Shown: piece by piece, positions 8,977 to 18,291 of the stretch | How positions within the stretch are numbered: position 1 is the first letter of the stretch | Layout of the letters: the number at the start of each line of letters is the position of its first letter | NCBI GenBank assembly: GCA_965238005.1 | Contig: OZ250165.1 | Coordinates: 3,552,001 to 3,616,000 of the forward strand | Reading direction: 5' to 3' | Length of the DNA: 64,000 nucleotides | Source: Longimicrobiales bacterium | GTDB lineage: Bacteria; Gemmatimonadota; Gemmatimonadetes; Longimicrobiales; Gaopeijiaceae | Notes under the pieces: generated by a model | Database searches by the model: none | Seen by the model: the letters and a program-made list of their open reading frames with translations, nothing else | Told to the model about the DNA's origin: nothing | Translations under genes and position numbers: made by a program

Positions 8977-10491
8977 ATGCAGAAGGTCGGCCTGATCCTT
9001 GGTCCGGCTCTGTTCCTCGTCACGACCCTGTTCGATCTCGACCCGGGGAATCCGGCGGTCACGCGCATGGCTGGCGTGGCCCTCCTCATGGCCACCTGGT
9101 GGATCACGGAGGCGATCCCGCTCTTCGCGACCGCGCTTCTTCCCCTGGTGCTTTTTCCCCTCCTGGGGATCGAACGGGGAGGTGTGACCGCGCCCATCTA
9201 CTTCAACAGCATCATCGTGTTGTTCTTGGGCGGTTTCATGATCGCCTTGACCATGGAGAAGTGGAATCTGCACCGCCGGATCGCCCTCAAGATCATCCGG
9301 ACGATCGGGGGAGGCCCGGCCCGGATCGTACTGGGCTTCATGGTGGCGGCGGCGTTCCTGTCGATGTGGATCTCCAATACCGCCACGGCGATCATGATGG
9401 TGCCCATCGGGCTCGCCATCATCCTGGAGCTGGAAGAGGACTTCGGGGCCGAGGACACGCACGCCTTCTCGGTGGGGGTCATGCTCGGCATTGGGTACGC
9501 GTGCTCAGTCGGCGGCATCGCGACCCTTGTGGGGACGCCGCCCAACCTGTCCTTCGCGCGGATCTACCAGATCACCTTCCCCGACGCGCCGGCCATCTCG
9601 TTCGGCCGGTGGATCCTTCTGGGCTTCCCTATCTCGGTGACGATGCTGGCGATCGCCTGGCTCCTCATCACGAAGGTCTTCTTCCGGGTGCCCGAACACG
9701 TCACGGTGGATCGGGTGGTGGTGGACAATCAGGCTGCAGCGCTGGGACCCGTGACCTACGAGGAGAAGGCGGTTCTCGTGGTGTTCGCGCTCACTGCGTT
9801 CCTCTGGGTGTTCAGGCTTCCCATCCAGCTCGGGTTCATCACGATACCGGGATGGTCCCAGCTACTTCCCTTCCCGAGTCTCATCGACGACGGGACTGTA
9901 GCCATCACCATGGCGACCGTCCTGTTTCTGATCCCGAGCCGGACTCCTAGCGCCGCCTACCCGACCCTCGCTGGCAAGGACCTCATCCCCCGGCTGCCCT
10001 GGAACGTCGTGCTCCTCTTGGGGGGAGGCTTCGCCCTGGCCTACGGGTTTCAGGCCACGGGCCTCTCGACGCTCATCGGGAGCCAGTTTGCCGGGCTCGC
10101 CGGGGTGTCACCGTTCGTTCTGATTGTCGTCGTCTGCTTGACCCTGACGTTCTTGACGGAGCTGACCTCCAATACGGCCACCACCGAGATGATCCTCCCC
10201 ATCCTGGCCTCGGTAGCCGTCGCCACGAACGTCCACCCTTTGATGCTGATGATCCCTGCCACCCTGTCGGCGTCCTGCGCGTTCATGATGCCCGTGGCGA
10301 CTCCGCCCAACGCCATCATCTTCGGGAGTAATCGGGTACGGATCCCCGAGATGGCGCGCATCGGACTGGTGCTGAACCTCATCGGCGTCCTGGTGATCTC
10401 ACTGGTGTTCCTCCTCCTGGGGACCGCGGTCTTCGGGATCGACTTCGGGGTCATGCCCGAGTGGGCCACGTTCGAGGGGACGGGGCAGTAG
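8977..10491 (+). CDS. SLC13/DASS sodium:dicarboxylate (or sulfate) symporter
   Basis: WWITEAIPL, LSMWISNTAT, GTPPN, TELTSNTAT, AFMMPVATPPNAI. Confidence 0.93.
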   Translation: MQKVGLILGPALFLVTTLFDLDPGNPAVTRMAGVALLMATWWITEAIPLFATALLPLVLFPLLGIERGGVTAPIYFNSIIVLFLGGFMIALTMEKWNLHRRIALKIIRTIGGGPARIVLGFMVAAAFLSMWISNTATAIMMVPIGLAIILELEEDFGAEDTHAFSVGVMLGIGYACSVGGIATLVGTPPNLSFARIYQITFPDAPAISFGRWILLGFPISVTMLAIAWLLITKVFFRVPEHVTVDRVVVDNQAAALGPVTYEEKAVLVVFALTAFLWVFRLPIQLGFITIPGWSQLLPFPSLIDDGTVAITMATVLFLIPSRTPSAAYPTLAGKDLIPRLPWNVVLLLGGGFALAYGFQATGLSTLIGSQFAGLAGVSPFVLIVVVCLTLTFLTELTSNTATTEMILPILASVAVATNVHPLMLMIPATLSASCAFMMPVATPPNAIIFGSNRVRIPEMARIGLVLNLIGVLVISLVFLLLGTAVFGIDFGVMPEWATFEGTGQ

Positions 10492-10713
10492 GAAGTCCTG
10501 GGGCTCCACCGCCCGAACCCACTCCGGTGCTGCACGGGCTGAAGTGGGATGCGTCCCACCGATACCACACCCACCATCATCCCGAGTGCCAGCGGCATGC
10601 GCTTCATAATATCCTCCAAGGCAGCGTGACCGTCTGCCTGAAGGGTGCGCCTCAGGGCGTACGGCCCTGATCGGGAAAGTTACGTAACGGAGCGTGGGGA
10701 GTACGTAACAGGG

Positions 10714-12996
10714 CTACCGTGGCCAGCCCGGCACCATCACGGGTGCCGTCACCGGCCCCCCCGCCGCCACCCCCACCTGGCCCGACGCGTTGAGCCCCCA
10801 GCAATAGATCTCGCCGAGACCGTTGAGGCCGCAGGTGTGATCTCCGATGCCGGGCAGGAGAAGCGAGATGCCGAACTGGGTGGGAAGCAGGAACGGGATG
10901 GACTGGTTGACCATGGAGCCGATCCCCAGCTCGCCGGAGGCGTTAAGGCCCCAGCAGTATGTAAGCCCTCCTACGACGCCACATGTGTGCCCGCCCCCAG
11001 CGGTGATGCTCGTGAAGGTGTGGCCGCCCAGGACGAGCGTCGGCGTCGGATTGGCTTGAGGCACTGCGCCCCCCGCCCCGAGGGATCCGCTGACGTCCTC
11101 GCCCCAGCAGTAGCCCGCGCCGGCCTGGGTGACTCCGCAGCTGTAGCCGGCCCCTGCGGAAACGTGGGAGAAAAGGAGCCCACCCGCGACCGCAACAGGC
11201 ACCGTGCGGGTGACCTGAGTTCCGATTCCGAGCTGTCCCTGGTCGTTGAGGCCCCAGCAGTACGCGATTCCGGCGAGGGTCACAGCACACGTGTGGTCCC
11301 TGCCAGCGCTGACCTCCTGGAACGGCAGACCCACCACCGTCGAAGGCGTCACGGCGTCGGTCGAGGTGGCGTTGCCCAGCTGGCCACTGCTCCCCTCACC
11401 CCAGCAATATGCTGCACCGGTTCCGTCCAGCGCACACGTATGAGACGCTCCGGTACTGATCTGGACGAAGTGGAGGTTGCCGCTCACCTTCGTCGGCGTT
11501 GATCGGCTGACGTTGGTACCGTCGCCGAGCTGACCACTGCTGTTAAGGCCCCAACAGTAGGCTTCCCCATTGATGGTGACACCACAAGCGTGCCCGCCAC
11601 CGGCAGAGACCCGGAGAAGGGTGACCCCGCCAAGGAGCACCGGCGTCGGGCCGGGGGGGACCAGTGCGTTGAGGCTGTTCCCCCAGCAATACCAGAACCC
11701 GTCGGAGGTGGCACGGGCACAGTTGTAGTCATCGCCCACCGTGAGCGCCGCGCCCAGGCCGACCTGAATGAACGCTTCGGCCGTGAAGGTCACGCTCGCC
11801 ACCCCCGTCGTCGATACGGTAACGGTCGTCGTGCCGGCCGCGGCGGGCAGGGTGAGAACGACGCTGGCCAGCCCTTGACTGTCCGTCCCAACCGATATCG
11901 GGCTGACGGAGCCGGAGCTCGCCGCGAACGTCACCAGGACAGCCGGCACCGGGTTGCCTGAAGCATCCTCGACTTTAGCGACGAACGGCACCGGCAGAGC
12001 CGAAGCGGCGACCCCCACCTGTCCATCGCCCGATACCTTCTGGAGGACCGCCGGAGCGCCAGCGAGTGACGTGGCGGTAAACGTCTCGCTCAGCCCCAGA
12101 TCTGGGACCGAGGCCGTGACCGTGACCGGCCCTACGGTGGCTGGAAACGTGAGGGCCGTACTCGCGAGCCCATCTTCGTCGGTGACGGAGGCCGCCGGGC
12201 TCACGGATCCGACGCTCGTGGAGAACTCCACGGTCACACCCAGGGACGGATTCTCCAACGCGTCCACCAGCTTGACGACGAGCGGGAGCGCCAGAGTGGT
12301 GAGAACGACCCCGGCTTGCCCATCACCCGCGATCTTAATGATGCTGACCGCCGGCCCGGCAACCCCCGTCGCGGAGAACTCCACCGAGAACTGCGCAAAG
12401 GCCACCCTCATGCGTTGGGACCCCAAGAGAACGCCAAGAGTCCATTGCGCGCTGGCACGCCCGTCCTGCCCGGTCGAGGAGCCACCTTCGACCGAGCCTC
12501 CTCCCCCCGTAACGGAGAACTGAATCATCCGGTTCCGCACCGGGCCGCCCATGGCGTCCGTCAGTAAGACCTCGGGCCGCACCGGAAGCGCTTGACCCAC
12601 GACACCGGTCTGGCTGTCGCCCCCCACCTTCTCGAGGGCAGCGGGTTGCTGCTGCACCTGGAGTAGGGCGGCTCCACTCGCCGAGCCGGCCGTCGCTGTG
12701 ATCACACTGGTCCCCTCGCCTCGGGCCGTGATGAGGCCGGAGCTGCTCACCTCGGCCACGGGGAGGTTACTCGAGGACCAGGTGACGGACTGTCCGGCGA
12801 GTACGTTCCCGTTCTGGTCGCGCACCTCTGCGAGGGCTTGGGTCGTCTCGCCCACTGAGGCGAGGATGACCTTGGACAAGATGACAATCAGAGACGTGGG
12901 AACCAGGGGATCCACTCCCCCACCTCCGCCGTCTCCCTTGCAGCCCGTCATCAGCAGGAGAAGCCCTATTGCGACGGCCTTGTTGGTACGTGTCAT
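10714..12996 (-). CDS. Lipoprotein with Ig-like (Big-type) domains and C-terminal RCC1 repeats
   Basis: Lipobox MTGC; VTWSSSN..VAEVSSSGLITA; three GD.Q.G Ig-like repeats; several HxC..AYCWG.N..GQLG repeats. Confidence 0.88.
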   Translation of the reverse strand: MTRTNKAVAIGLLLLMTGCKGDGGGGGVDPLVPTSLIVILSKVILASVGETTQALAEVRDQNGNVLAGQSVTWSSSNLPVAEVSSSGLITARGEGTSVITATAGSASGAALLQVQQQPAALEKVGGDSQTGVVGQALPVRPEVLLTDAMGGPVRNRMIQFSVTGGGGSVEGGSSTGQDGRASAQWTLGVLLGSQRMRVAFAQFSVEFSATGVAGPAVSIIKIAGDGQAGVVLTTLALPLVVKLVDALENPSLGVTVEFSTSVGSVSPAASVTDEDGLASTALTFPATVGPVTVTASVPDLGLSETFTATSLAGAPAVLQKVSGDGQVGVAASALPVPFVAKVEDASGNPVPAVLVTFAASSGSVSPISVGTDSQGLASVVLTLPAAAGTTTVTVSTTGVASVTFTAEAFIQVGLGAALTVGDDYNCARATSDGFWYCWGNSLNALVPPGPTPVLLGGVTLLRVSAGGGHACGVTINGEAYCWGLNSSGQLGDGTNVSRSTPTKVSGNLHFVQISTGASHTCALDGTGAAYCWGEGSSGQLGNATSTDAVTPSTVVGLPFQEVSAGRDHTCAVTLAGIAYCWGLNDQGQLGIGTQVTRTVPVAVAGGLLFSHVSAGAGYSCGVTQAGAGYCWGEDVSGSLGAGGAVPQANPTPTLVLGGHTFTSITAGGGHTCGVVGGLTYCWGLNASGELGIGSMVNQSIPFLLPTQFGISLLLPGIGDHTCGLNGLGEIYCWGLNASGQVGVAAGGPVTAPVMVPGWPR

Positions 12997-13121
12997 CCGC
13001 TGACCTCGTTGCAGGATCGTGCGGCGAGCCCAGGCCAAGCTACCTTCGTTCTAGTGGCGGTCGAAAGCGTTTCGTCGCATGTCCACCCGTATCGACATCA
13101 AGTCGAGGGGGCAAATCATCC

Positions 13122-13850
13122 ATGAGACGTGTCATCCGCCTCTCCATACTGGCGGTCGGGATCGCTGGAGTGGGACTCTACATCCTGACCCGCGACGGCT
13201 GTGGCCGGAGCGGCGCCACGGCCTGTCCGGACGCCCATCTGATGAACGGTCTCGGGACGGTGGTGGCCCGGAGCGACGCGTGCGCCGGTGCGGGCTATCT
13301 CTGCGTCGGTGACGAGAGGGCCGAATTCCAGGTCATGCGCTGGGCTCTGTCCAAGGGACACCTGAGGGTGCGCGTGCCCTTACCCGACATCCCGTCCAAG
13401 GCCGACGCCCGCCGCCTCCGTGCTGCCGCCGTGGTGGGGATCCGCATGTGGGATGGTCATCCCTTCCCCCTCTCGATCGACACCAGTCCCATCCCTTGGA
13501 GGCTATGGGACATCGAGCTCTTCTGGGTTCGTCTACCGGAGTTCAGAGGCGGCTCCGTCGGTCTCGCCCGGGCCGAGTGGCGCGTGAGGAACGGTAAACC
13601 ACAGTTCTCCGTCGAGAACATCTCGGCGGTCACGCAGGACTACCGGAATCCGGGGCAGCACGCCCCTTCGGAGGTCGTCGCGGCCGTGGCGGCTCACGAG
13701 ATGGGACACGCACTGGGCATCCTTCACCACAGCGACCGCGCCTCGGACATCCTCTATCCCTCGGACGAAGGGTCCCAGCGGGTCTCAGCCAGGGACATCG
13801 ATACCGTGGAGGCGCTCTACCGGCTGCCGAACGGAGCCCTGGTCCGGTGA
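13122..13850 (+). CDS. Matrixin-like (metzincin) zinc metalloprotease with N-terminal membrane anchor
   Basis: HEMGHALGILHHS (HExxHxxGxxH-like), then DILYP and SARDIDTVEALY. Confidence 0.85.
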   Translation: MRRVIRLSILAVGIAGVGLYILTRDGCGRSGATACPDAHLMNGLGTVVARSDACAGAGYLCVGDERAEFQVMRWALSKGHLRVRVPLPDIPSKADARRLRAAAVVGIRMWDGHPFPLSIDTSPIPWRLWDIELFWVRLPEFRGGSVGLARAEWRVRNGKPQFSVENISAVTQDYRNPGQHAPSEVVAAVAAHEMGHALGILHHSDRASDILYPSDEGSQRVSARDIDTVEALYRLPNGALVR

Positions 13851-13998
13851 CGGGCGTCACCATACGAGTTGCTCTTCAGAGAGCATACGTATCTTTATAT
13901 CGTGAGTATACGTACGAGGCCGTGCAGGGGGCGTTAACAGCAGACCCCCCAGCGCCCTCTGAGCGGCGGGGGGGGCCGTCTCGGTCGGCCCGACGGGA

Positions 13999-15255
13999 TC
14001 AGCGATGCAAGCGCAACTCCCGGAAGTCGTCCCACTCCACGCGATGTGTGCTTCCATCCTCAGAGCGGATGGTGATGCCCCGGTTCCCCGGATTCACGTC
14101 GTTGGTGCCGGACAGTTGGAAGGTGCGACCGTCCACAAGCTCCACAGCGGCGCTGTAGCCCCGCTTCGCGATGGAAGCGATCTGGCTGAACTCGACGGTG
14201 AAATCGATGCCTTTGTAGTCGCCGTCCAACATCTCCCAGGTGTATTCCTCATCGTTGTCCCACCGGATGTCACCCATAAGCTCCTCACCCGACTCGGTGA
14301 CCACGGTGCCACGGATGGGGCGGCCACCGTCGAACTCCTCGTACGTGGTCTGGACCGGAGCCTTGCGGAAGTGCACCTCGGAGAAGTCCTTCCAGCCGAC
14401 CTTGACCTGACCCAGCGTCGGGTCGGAAACTGAGATTCCGCGGTTCGTCCGTCCGACGTCGTTTGTCCCCCTGAGGACCATCTCCTCGCCACTCTCCACG
14501 ACCACACGGGCCGCTCGGGAGCTCTCGCGCCGGATGGAGATGACGTCGCTGAAGGCGATCTCCCGGTCGACCCCGTCTTGATCCTCACCGTCGAGGATGT
14601 CGGTGGTGAAGATCTCGTCCACGTCCCAGGTCACGTAGCCGGTGAACTCGAGTCCGGCCCGTGTGACCAGGGTCCCGTAGAGCCGCTCGCCCCACGGGAT
14701 GATCCCGTCGGGGGCGGCCATGAACTCCACGGCCTCTAAGTCGCGCCACTTCAGCTCGGCAACGCCCTGCCGCGGATCGTCAACGACGAGGGCACGCAGT
14801 CCCCGGCCCAGATCCGTGCGTCGGCCTCCAAGCTCCTGCTGCTGCCCCGACTTGAGCGTGAACAGGGCCTCGTGCGAGTTCAGAACGTCGATGCGCCGGA
14901 CGTGACCGAAGCGGATTCCCGAAAGCGTAGAGCGACGGCCCTTCCAGTCGACGTCCAGCAGATCGGCCCAACTCCCCTCGTTCCGATCCCAGCGGATGTA
15001 GCCCTCGAATTCGTCCCCCGACCTGGTGACGACGTTTCCGTAGAGACGGCCGTCGAGGGCCGGTCCCTCCGACCGCTCGACCAGCGGGGCCGGAGCCACC
15101 GTGGGCACGTCGACCGGAAGGGTGACGGTGTAGGTCCGGTGCTGGTGGGGCGCAGCATTGTCCAAGAGAGCCATGGTGCAGGCAAGGCTGAGAACTCCTG
15201 CGCCGGCGACGACCGACAGATTCTTGGCGTCTTCTTTGCGCGTCGGCTCTTTCAT
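13999..15255 (-). CDS. Hypothetical anchored/exported protein with three internal repeats
   Basis: N-terminal hydrophobic segment; three units G(N/T)xVTxxGxExxGxIxWDxxE..LD. Confidence 0.8.
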   Translation of the reverse strand: MKEPTRKEDAKNLSVVAGAGVLSLACTMALLDNAAPHQHRTYTVTLPVDVPTVAPAPLVERSEGPALDGRLYGNVVTRSGDEFEGYIRWDRNEGSWADLLDVDWKGRRSTLSGIRFGHVRRIDVLNSHEALFTLKSGQQQELGGRRTDLGRGLRALVVDDPRQGVAELKWRDLEAVEFMAAPDGIIPWGERLYGTLVTRAGLEFTGYVTWDVDEIFTTDILDGEDQDGVDREIAFSDVISIRRESSRAARVVVESGEEMVLRGTNDVGRTNRGISVSDPTLGQVKVGWKDFSEVHFRKAPVQTTYEEFDGGRPIRGTVVTESGEELMGDIRWDNDEEYTWEMLDGDYKGIDFTVEFSQIASIAKRGYSAAVELVDGRTFQLSGTNDVNPGNRGITIRSEDGSTHRVEWDDFRELRLHR

Positions 15256-15514
15256 CTTGTCCCCCCATCCAGGACCTCGAGACTCTACTGCAGATCAATA
15301 TCGTACTGGCCCACGGCGAGCGAGTTCCCCGACCGTCTTGCCCCGACCCCACCCAGGCGGCACCGGCTCACGGTCGCCCTTCGCCAGTCCGGGAGTCGGG
15401 AGATTCCCTACACCGGTTTCGGGACATCCCCTGCATCATAGAAGCAGAGTGGAAGCCGTCGTAAGAGACAAGCCTGTGTTCGCGGACCCCCGAAGCCGGG
15501 AGGCGAGCCTCGAC

Positions 15515-15688
15515 ATGACTCCCATGGCCACAACGATCTTCTGTCCCGAGTGGAAGACCAGCGCGGAGGTGATTCTCGGGCTGACACGCACGGAAAGGGG
15601 CAATCGACTCGAGGCCCTCTCCTGTGACATGCTGCCGGACGGAGAGACCTGCGACGGCCTCTGCATGCGACCCGTGGTGGAAGCCTAG
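15515..15688 (+). CDS. Small Cys-containing protein (57 aa), possibly metal-binding
   Basis: GGAGG upstream; MTPMATTIFCPEW...SCDMLPDGETCDGLCMRPVVEA with four Cys. Confidence 0.5.
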   Translation: MTPMATTIFCPEWKTSAEVILGLTRTERGNRLEALSCDMLPDGETCDGLCMRPVVEA

Positions 15689-15708
15689 CCGCCTTTGGAC
15701 CCGTCGGG

Positions 15709-16197
15709 TCAGGCGGGCGGCACGTCTCCAGGCTCCGGCATATTCGCCAGGTGCAGGTATCCGACCAGGAGGATCGCGGCAAAGAGGTTCACCGCCACCA
15801 CCGTACCCGGTCCCACGGACTCCAGCGCAACGACCGAGCTTGACACGGCAACGGTTCCGTAGAACGCTGCGGTGCATAAGGCCGCCACGGCGAGAAGTCG
15901 CTTGAGGCCGGCCAGGTGCTTCCAGTCGAAGAGAAGGCTCGCCAGGACCCCCACCAGGGCGAAGGCCAGGAAGTGCAGGACGGTGAAGGTCGCGATCCGG
16001 TAAGCCGTCGACAGGCCGGCGACGAGACCCGACATGCTGGTGAGATCCAGCTCGAAGCCGGCGGGGCCCAAGACGGCTCCCGGCGTCGCCAGGGGCTGGA
16101 ACCGTATCAGATCGAGAACGAAGAAGGAGAGGGCTATCCCTCCGGCGGCGATGGCCCCGGCCTGGGCCCCCCTGACTGCACGGTCGTATTTGCCCAT
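15709..16197 (-). CDS. Hypothetical membrane protein (about 4 TM)
   Basis: Hydrophobic helices; GGAG RBS before ATG 16197. Confidence 0.7.
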   Translation of the reverse strand: MGKYDRAVRGAQAGAIAAGGIALSFFVLDLIRFQPLATPGAVLGPAGFELDLTSMSGLVAGLSTAYRIATFTVLHFLAFALVGVLASLLFDWKHLAGLKRLLAVAALCTAAFYGTVAVSSSVVALESVGPGTVVAVNLFAAILLVGYLHLANMPEPGDVPPA

Positions 16198-16352
16198 GGT
16201 TCGGCTCCCTGGAGCGTGTCGATCACCCCTGCCCCACCGATCCGTTACCCAACGTGGGCCTATCTGCTCTCCATCGCAACCACGGACCTCGTATCACGTC
16301 GTGGAGAAGCATCACCGTGGTCCGCACGCCGTCGTGAGAGCTGTCAGGCAGT

Positions 16353-16655
16353 CTAGAACACGACGACTTGGTGATGCTCCACGTGCGGGGGTCGGTCGAT
16401 GAGGTAGCGATCGTCCTCGGGGTAGTAGACCGCCACTTCGGGCTCGTCCCCGGCAAACCGGCGGATGGCCTCCAGGTCGTCCCAAAGGGATATGACGGTC
16501 ACCTCCACGCCCCCGTCCACCGGGCGTTGCAGGACCATGGATCCGAGATTCCCGGCGGTGCTACGCTGCGTCGCGACTCCGGTTGCCCTTACATACTCCG
16601 CTTACGTGTCGGAGTCCGAAGCGCGGGTCGTTCCCCGCCAAACACGAGCGATCAT
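16353..16655 (-). pseudogene. Antibiotic-biosynthesis-monooxygenase (ABM)-like protein with in-frame stop
   Basis: AAGGAGG plus ATG 16655: MIARVWRGTTRASDSDT*AEYVRATG...ISLWDDLEAIRRFAGDEPEVAVYYPEDDRYL. TAA at 16602-16604. Confidence 0.8.
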
Positions 16656-16698
16656 TCCACCCTCCTTGTCATTCACGCCGAGGGGATCCAACTAGACG

Positions 16699-17910
16699 TT
16701 AGACCCACCCACCGGTCACCTCGAGCAGCCGGTCGATCTCTTCATCGGTGTTGAAGAGCGCGATCCCCGCTCGAAGTTGGGCGCCCTCCTCCCTCACGCT
16801 CACCGTGATCGCGGCCTCCCGTAGCGTTCGGCGGACCATATCAAGGTCGCGTCCATGCTCGAAAGTGACGATGGCCGACCGGTTGCCGGACGGCGTCAAG
16901 ACGTCGTGGCCCTGGGCCCGGAGTCCCTCGTTCAGACGGTTGGCCAGCGCCACGGTGTGCCGCTCGATGTTGTGGACGCCCACCCGGAGCAGGTAGTCAA
17001 GGGCAGCGCTCAATTGGAAGACGGCCCCGAAGGACATGGTGGCGTACCCGTATTTCTTCGCGTCTTGGTGGAGCCGGTAGCGGTGTTCCCCGAGATCCTC
17101 GGCGGTCTGGAGCGAGCCGAAGCGATCGACCGTCACCACGTCCAGGAGCTCTTCCCGAACGTAGAAGGGTGCCACACCGAAGCCCCCGAGTAGCCACTTG
17201 TAGGTGCCCGTAGCGAAGAAGTCGATGCCGGTGTCCCTCACGTCCAGATCCAGCATGCCGACCCCCTGGATGGCGTCCGCGTAGAGATACGCGCCCTGGT
17301 CGTGGGCGATCCGGGCGAGGGCGGTGAGGTCGTGGCGGTATCCGTTTTGGTGAGAGATCCACGAGACCGATACGAGCTTCGTGCGTCCGTCCACCTGCTC
17401 CGCGAACGCCTCCGGTGGAGCGGCCCCACCACGATTCCGCACCGTCCGGACCTCGATTCCCTGGGTTTCCTGGAGGTGCTGGTACAGGATGTACGTCGTG
17501 TCGTAGTGGAGATCGTCGATGACGACATTGTCGCCGGGGCGCAGGTCGAGGGCGCGGGTCACGATGTTCTCTCCATCGCTGGTCGCGAACAGGACGCCGA
17601 TCTCCGGCTCCGTGGCGCCGACGAGCTCGGCGAACTTCCGCCGCATGGCGTTGGTCTCCAGGAGCATGCCCCCGAGGCTCACCGGATCGCGGGCCTTCCG
17701 ATCCGCGAAGGCCTGGGCGGCTTCCACCGCCTGGCGCGGAGATGGCGTGATGTAGGCCGAGTTCAGGTAGATCCCCTCCTCCACGACGGGGAAGTCCTCC
17801 CGCACGCCCAAGGGGTCCTGCTGTAGAGCTGCGACGGTGCCGGGCTTGAGCCCGCTGACCGCGGCGGCGGCGGAAACGCTACCGATGAAGTCGCGACGCG
17901 TGAGATCCAC
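16699..17910 (-). CDS. Tat-exported class V aminotransferase / PLP enzyme
   Basis: GTG start MDLTRRDFIG (twin arginine); IYLNSA, YADAIQGVG, TGTYKWLLG (PLP lysine). Confidence 0.88.
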   Translation of the reverse strand: MDLTRRDFIGSVSAAAAVSGLKPGTVAALQQDPLGVREDFPVVEEGIYLNSAYITPSPRQAVEAAQAFADRKARDPVSLGGMLLETNAMRRKFAELVGATEPEIGVLFATSDGENIVTRALDLRPGDNVVIDDLHYDTTYILYQHLQETQGIEVRTVRNRGGAAPPEAFAEQVDGRTKLVSVSWISHQNGYRHDLTALARIAHDQGAYLYADAIQGVGMLDLDVRDTGIDFFATGTYKWLLGGFGVAPFYVREELLDVVTVDRFGSLQTAEDLGEHRYRLHQDAKKYGYATMSFGAVFQLSAALDYLLRVGVHNIERHTVALANRLNEGLRAQGHDVLTPSGNRSAIVTFEHGRDLDMVRRTLREAAITVSVREEGAQLRAGIALFNTDEEIDRLLEVTGGWV

Positions 17911-18001
17911 TTTGCTCCCTCCAGGATGTGGCCGAATACGGTGATCATAGTGCGGCGCGGCCCGGGGGCAACGTGAGCGGGACGCGTTCACCCGCCGAAG
18001 A

Positions 18002-18210
18002 TCAGAGGACCCTGAGCCGCCTCGAGTACTTCACGATGAACGAGCGCGTCATGGGTCCGGTGAGACTCGCCAGCCCATGAGACTCCTGGGTCTCGTTGTA
18101 GACGACGTACAGGCCCGTGCCCGCCGTATCCAACACGCCGAAGCGGGCGTTGACCAACCAGACGTCGGCCTGATCCGAGTATTGGAGCAGGGTCTGGAGG
18201 AAGATCCGTA
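18002..18210 (-). pseudogene. C-terminal remnant of an outer-membrane protein (DUF5916-like)
   Basis: IFLQTLLQYSDQADVWLVNARFG..AGTGLYVVYNE..RSFIVKYSR resembles terminal beta-strands; the upstream body is absent. Confidence 0.55.
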
Positions 18211-18291
18211 TTGCCGGGCAGGGGCGAACCCGGAGCTGGACGGCGGCCCGGCGCCCGGGCCGCGGCCCACAGTCCATCAGGAGAGGATGGA

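Noticed and set aside
16602..16604. Stop-codon recoding to explain in-frame stops (TAA here, TAG at 54719)
   Set aside because: TAA and TAG end intact genes normally in this window, and the PCAT also carries a frameshift, so decay is the simpler explanation.
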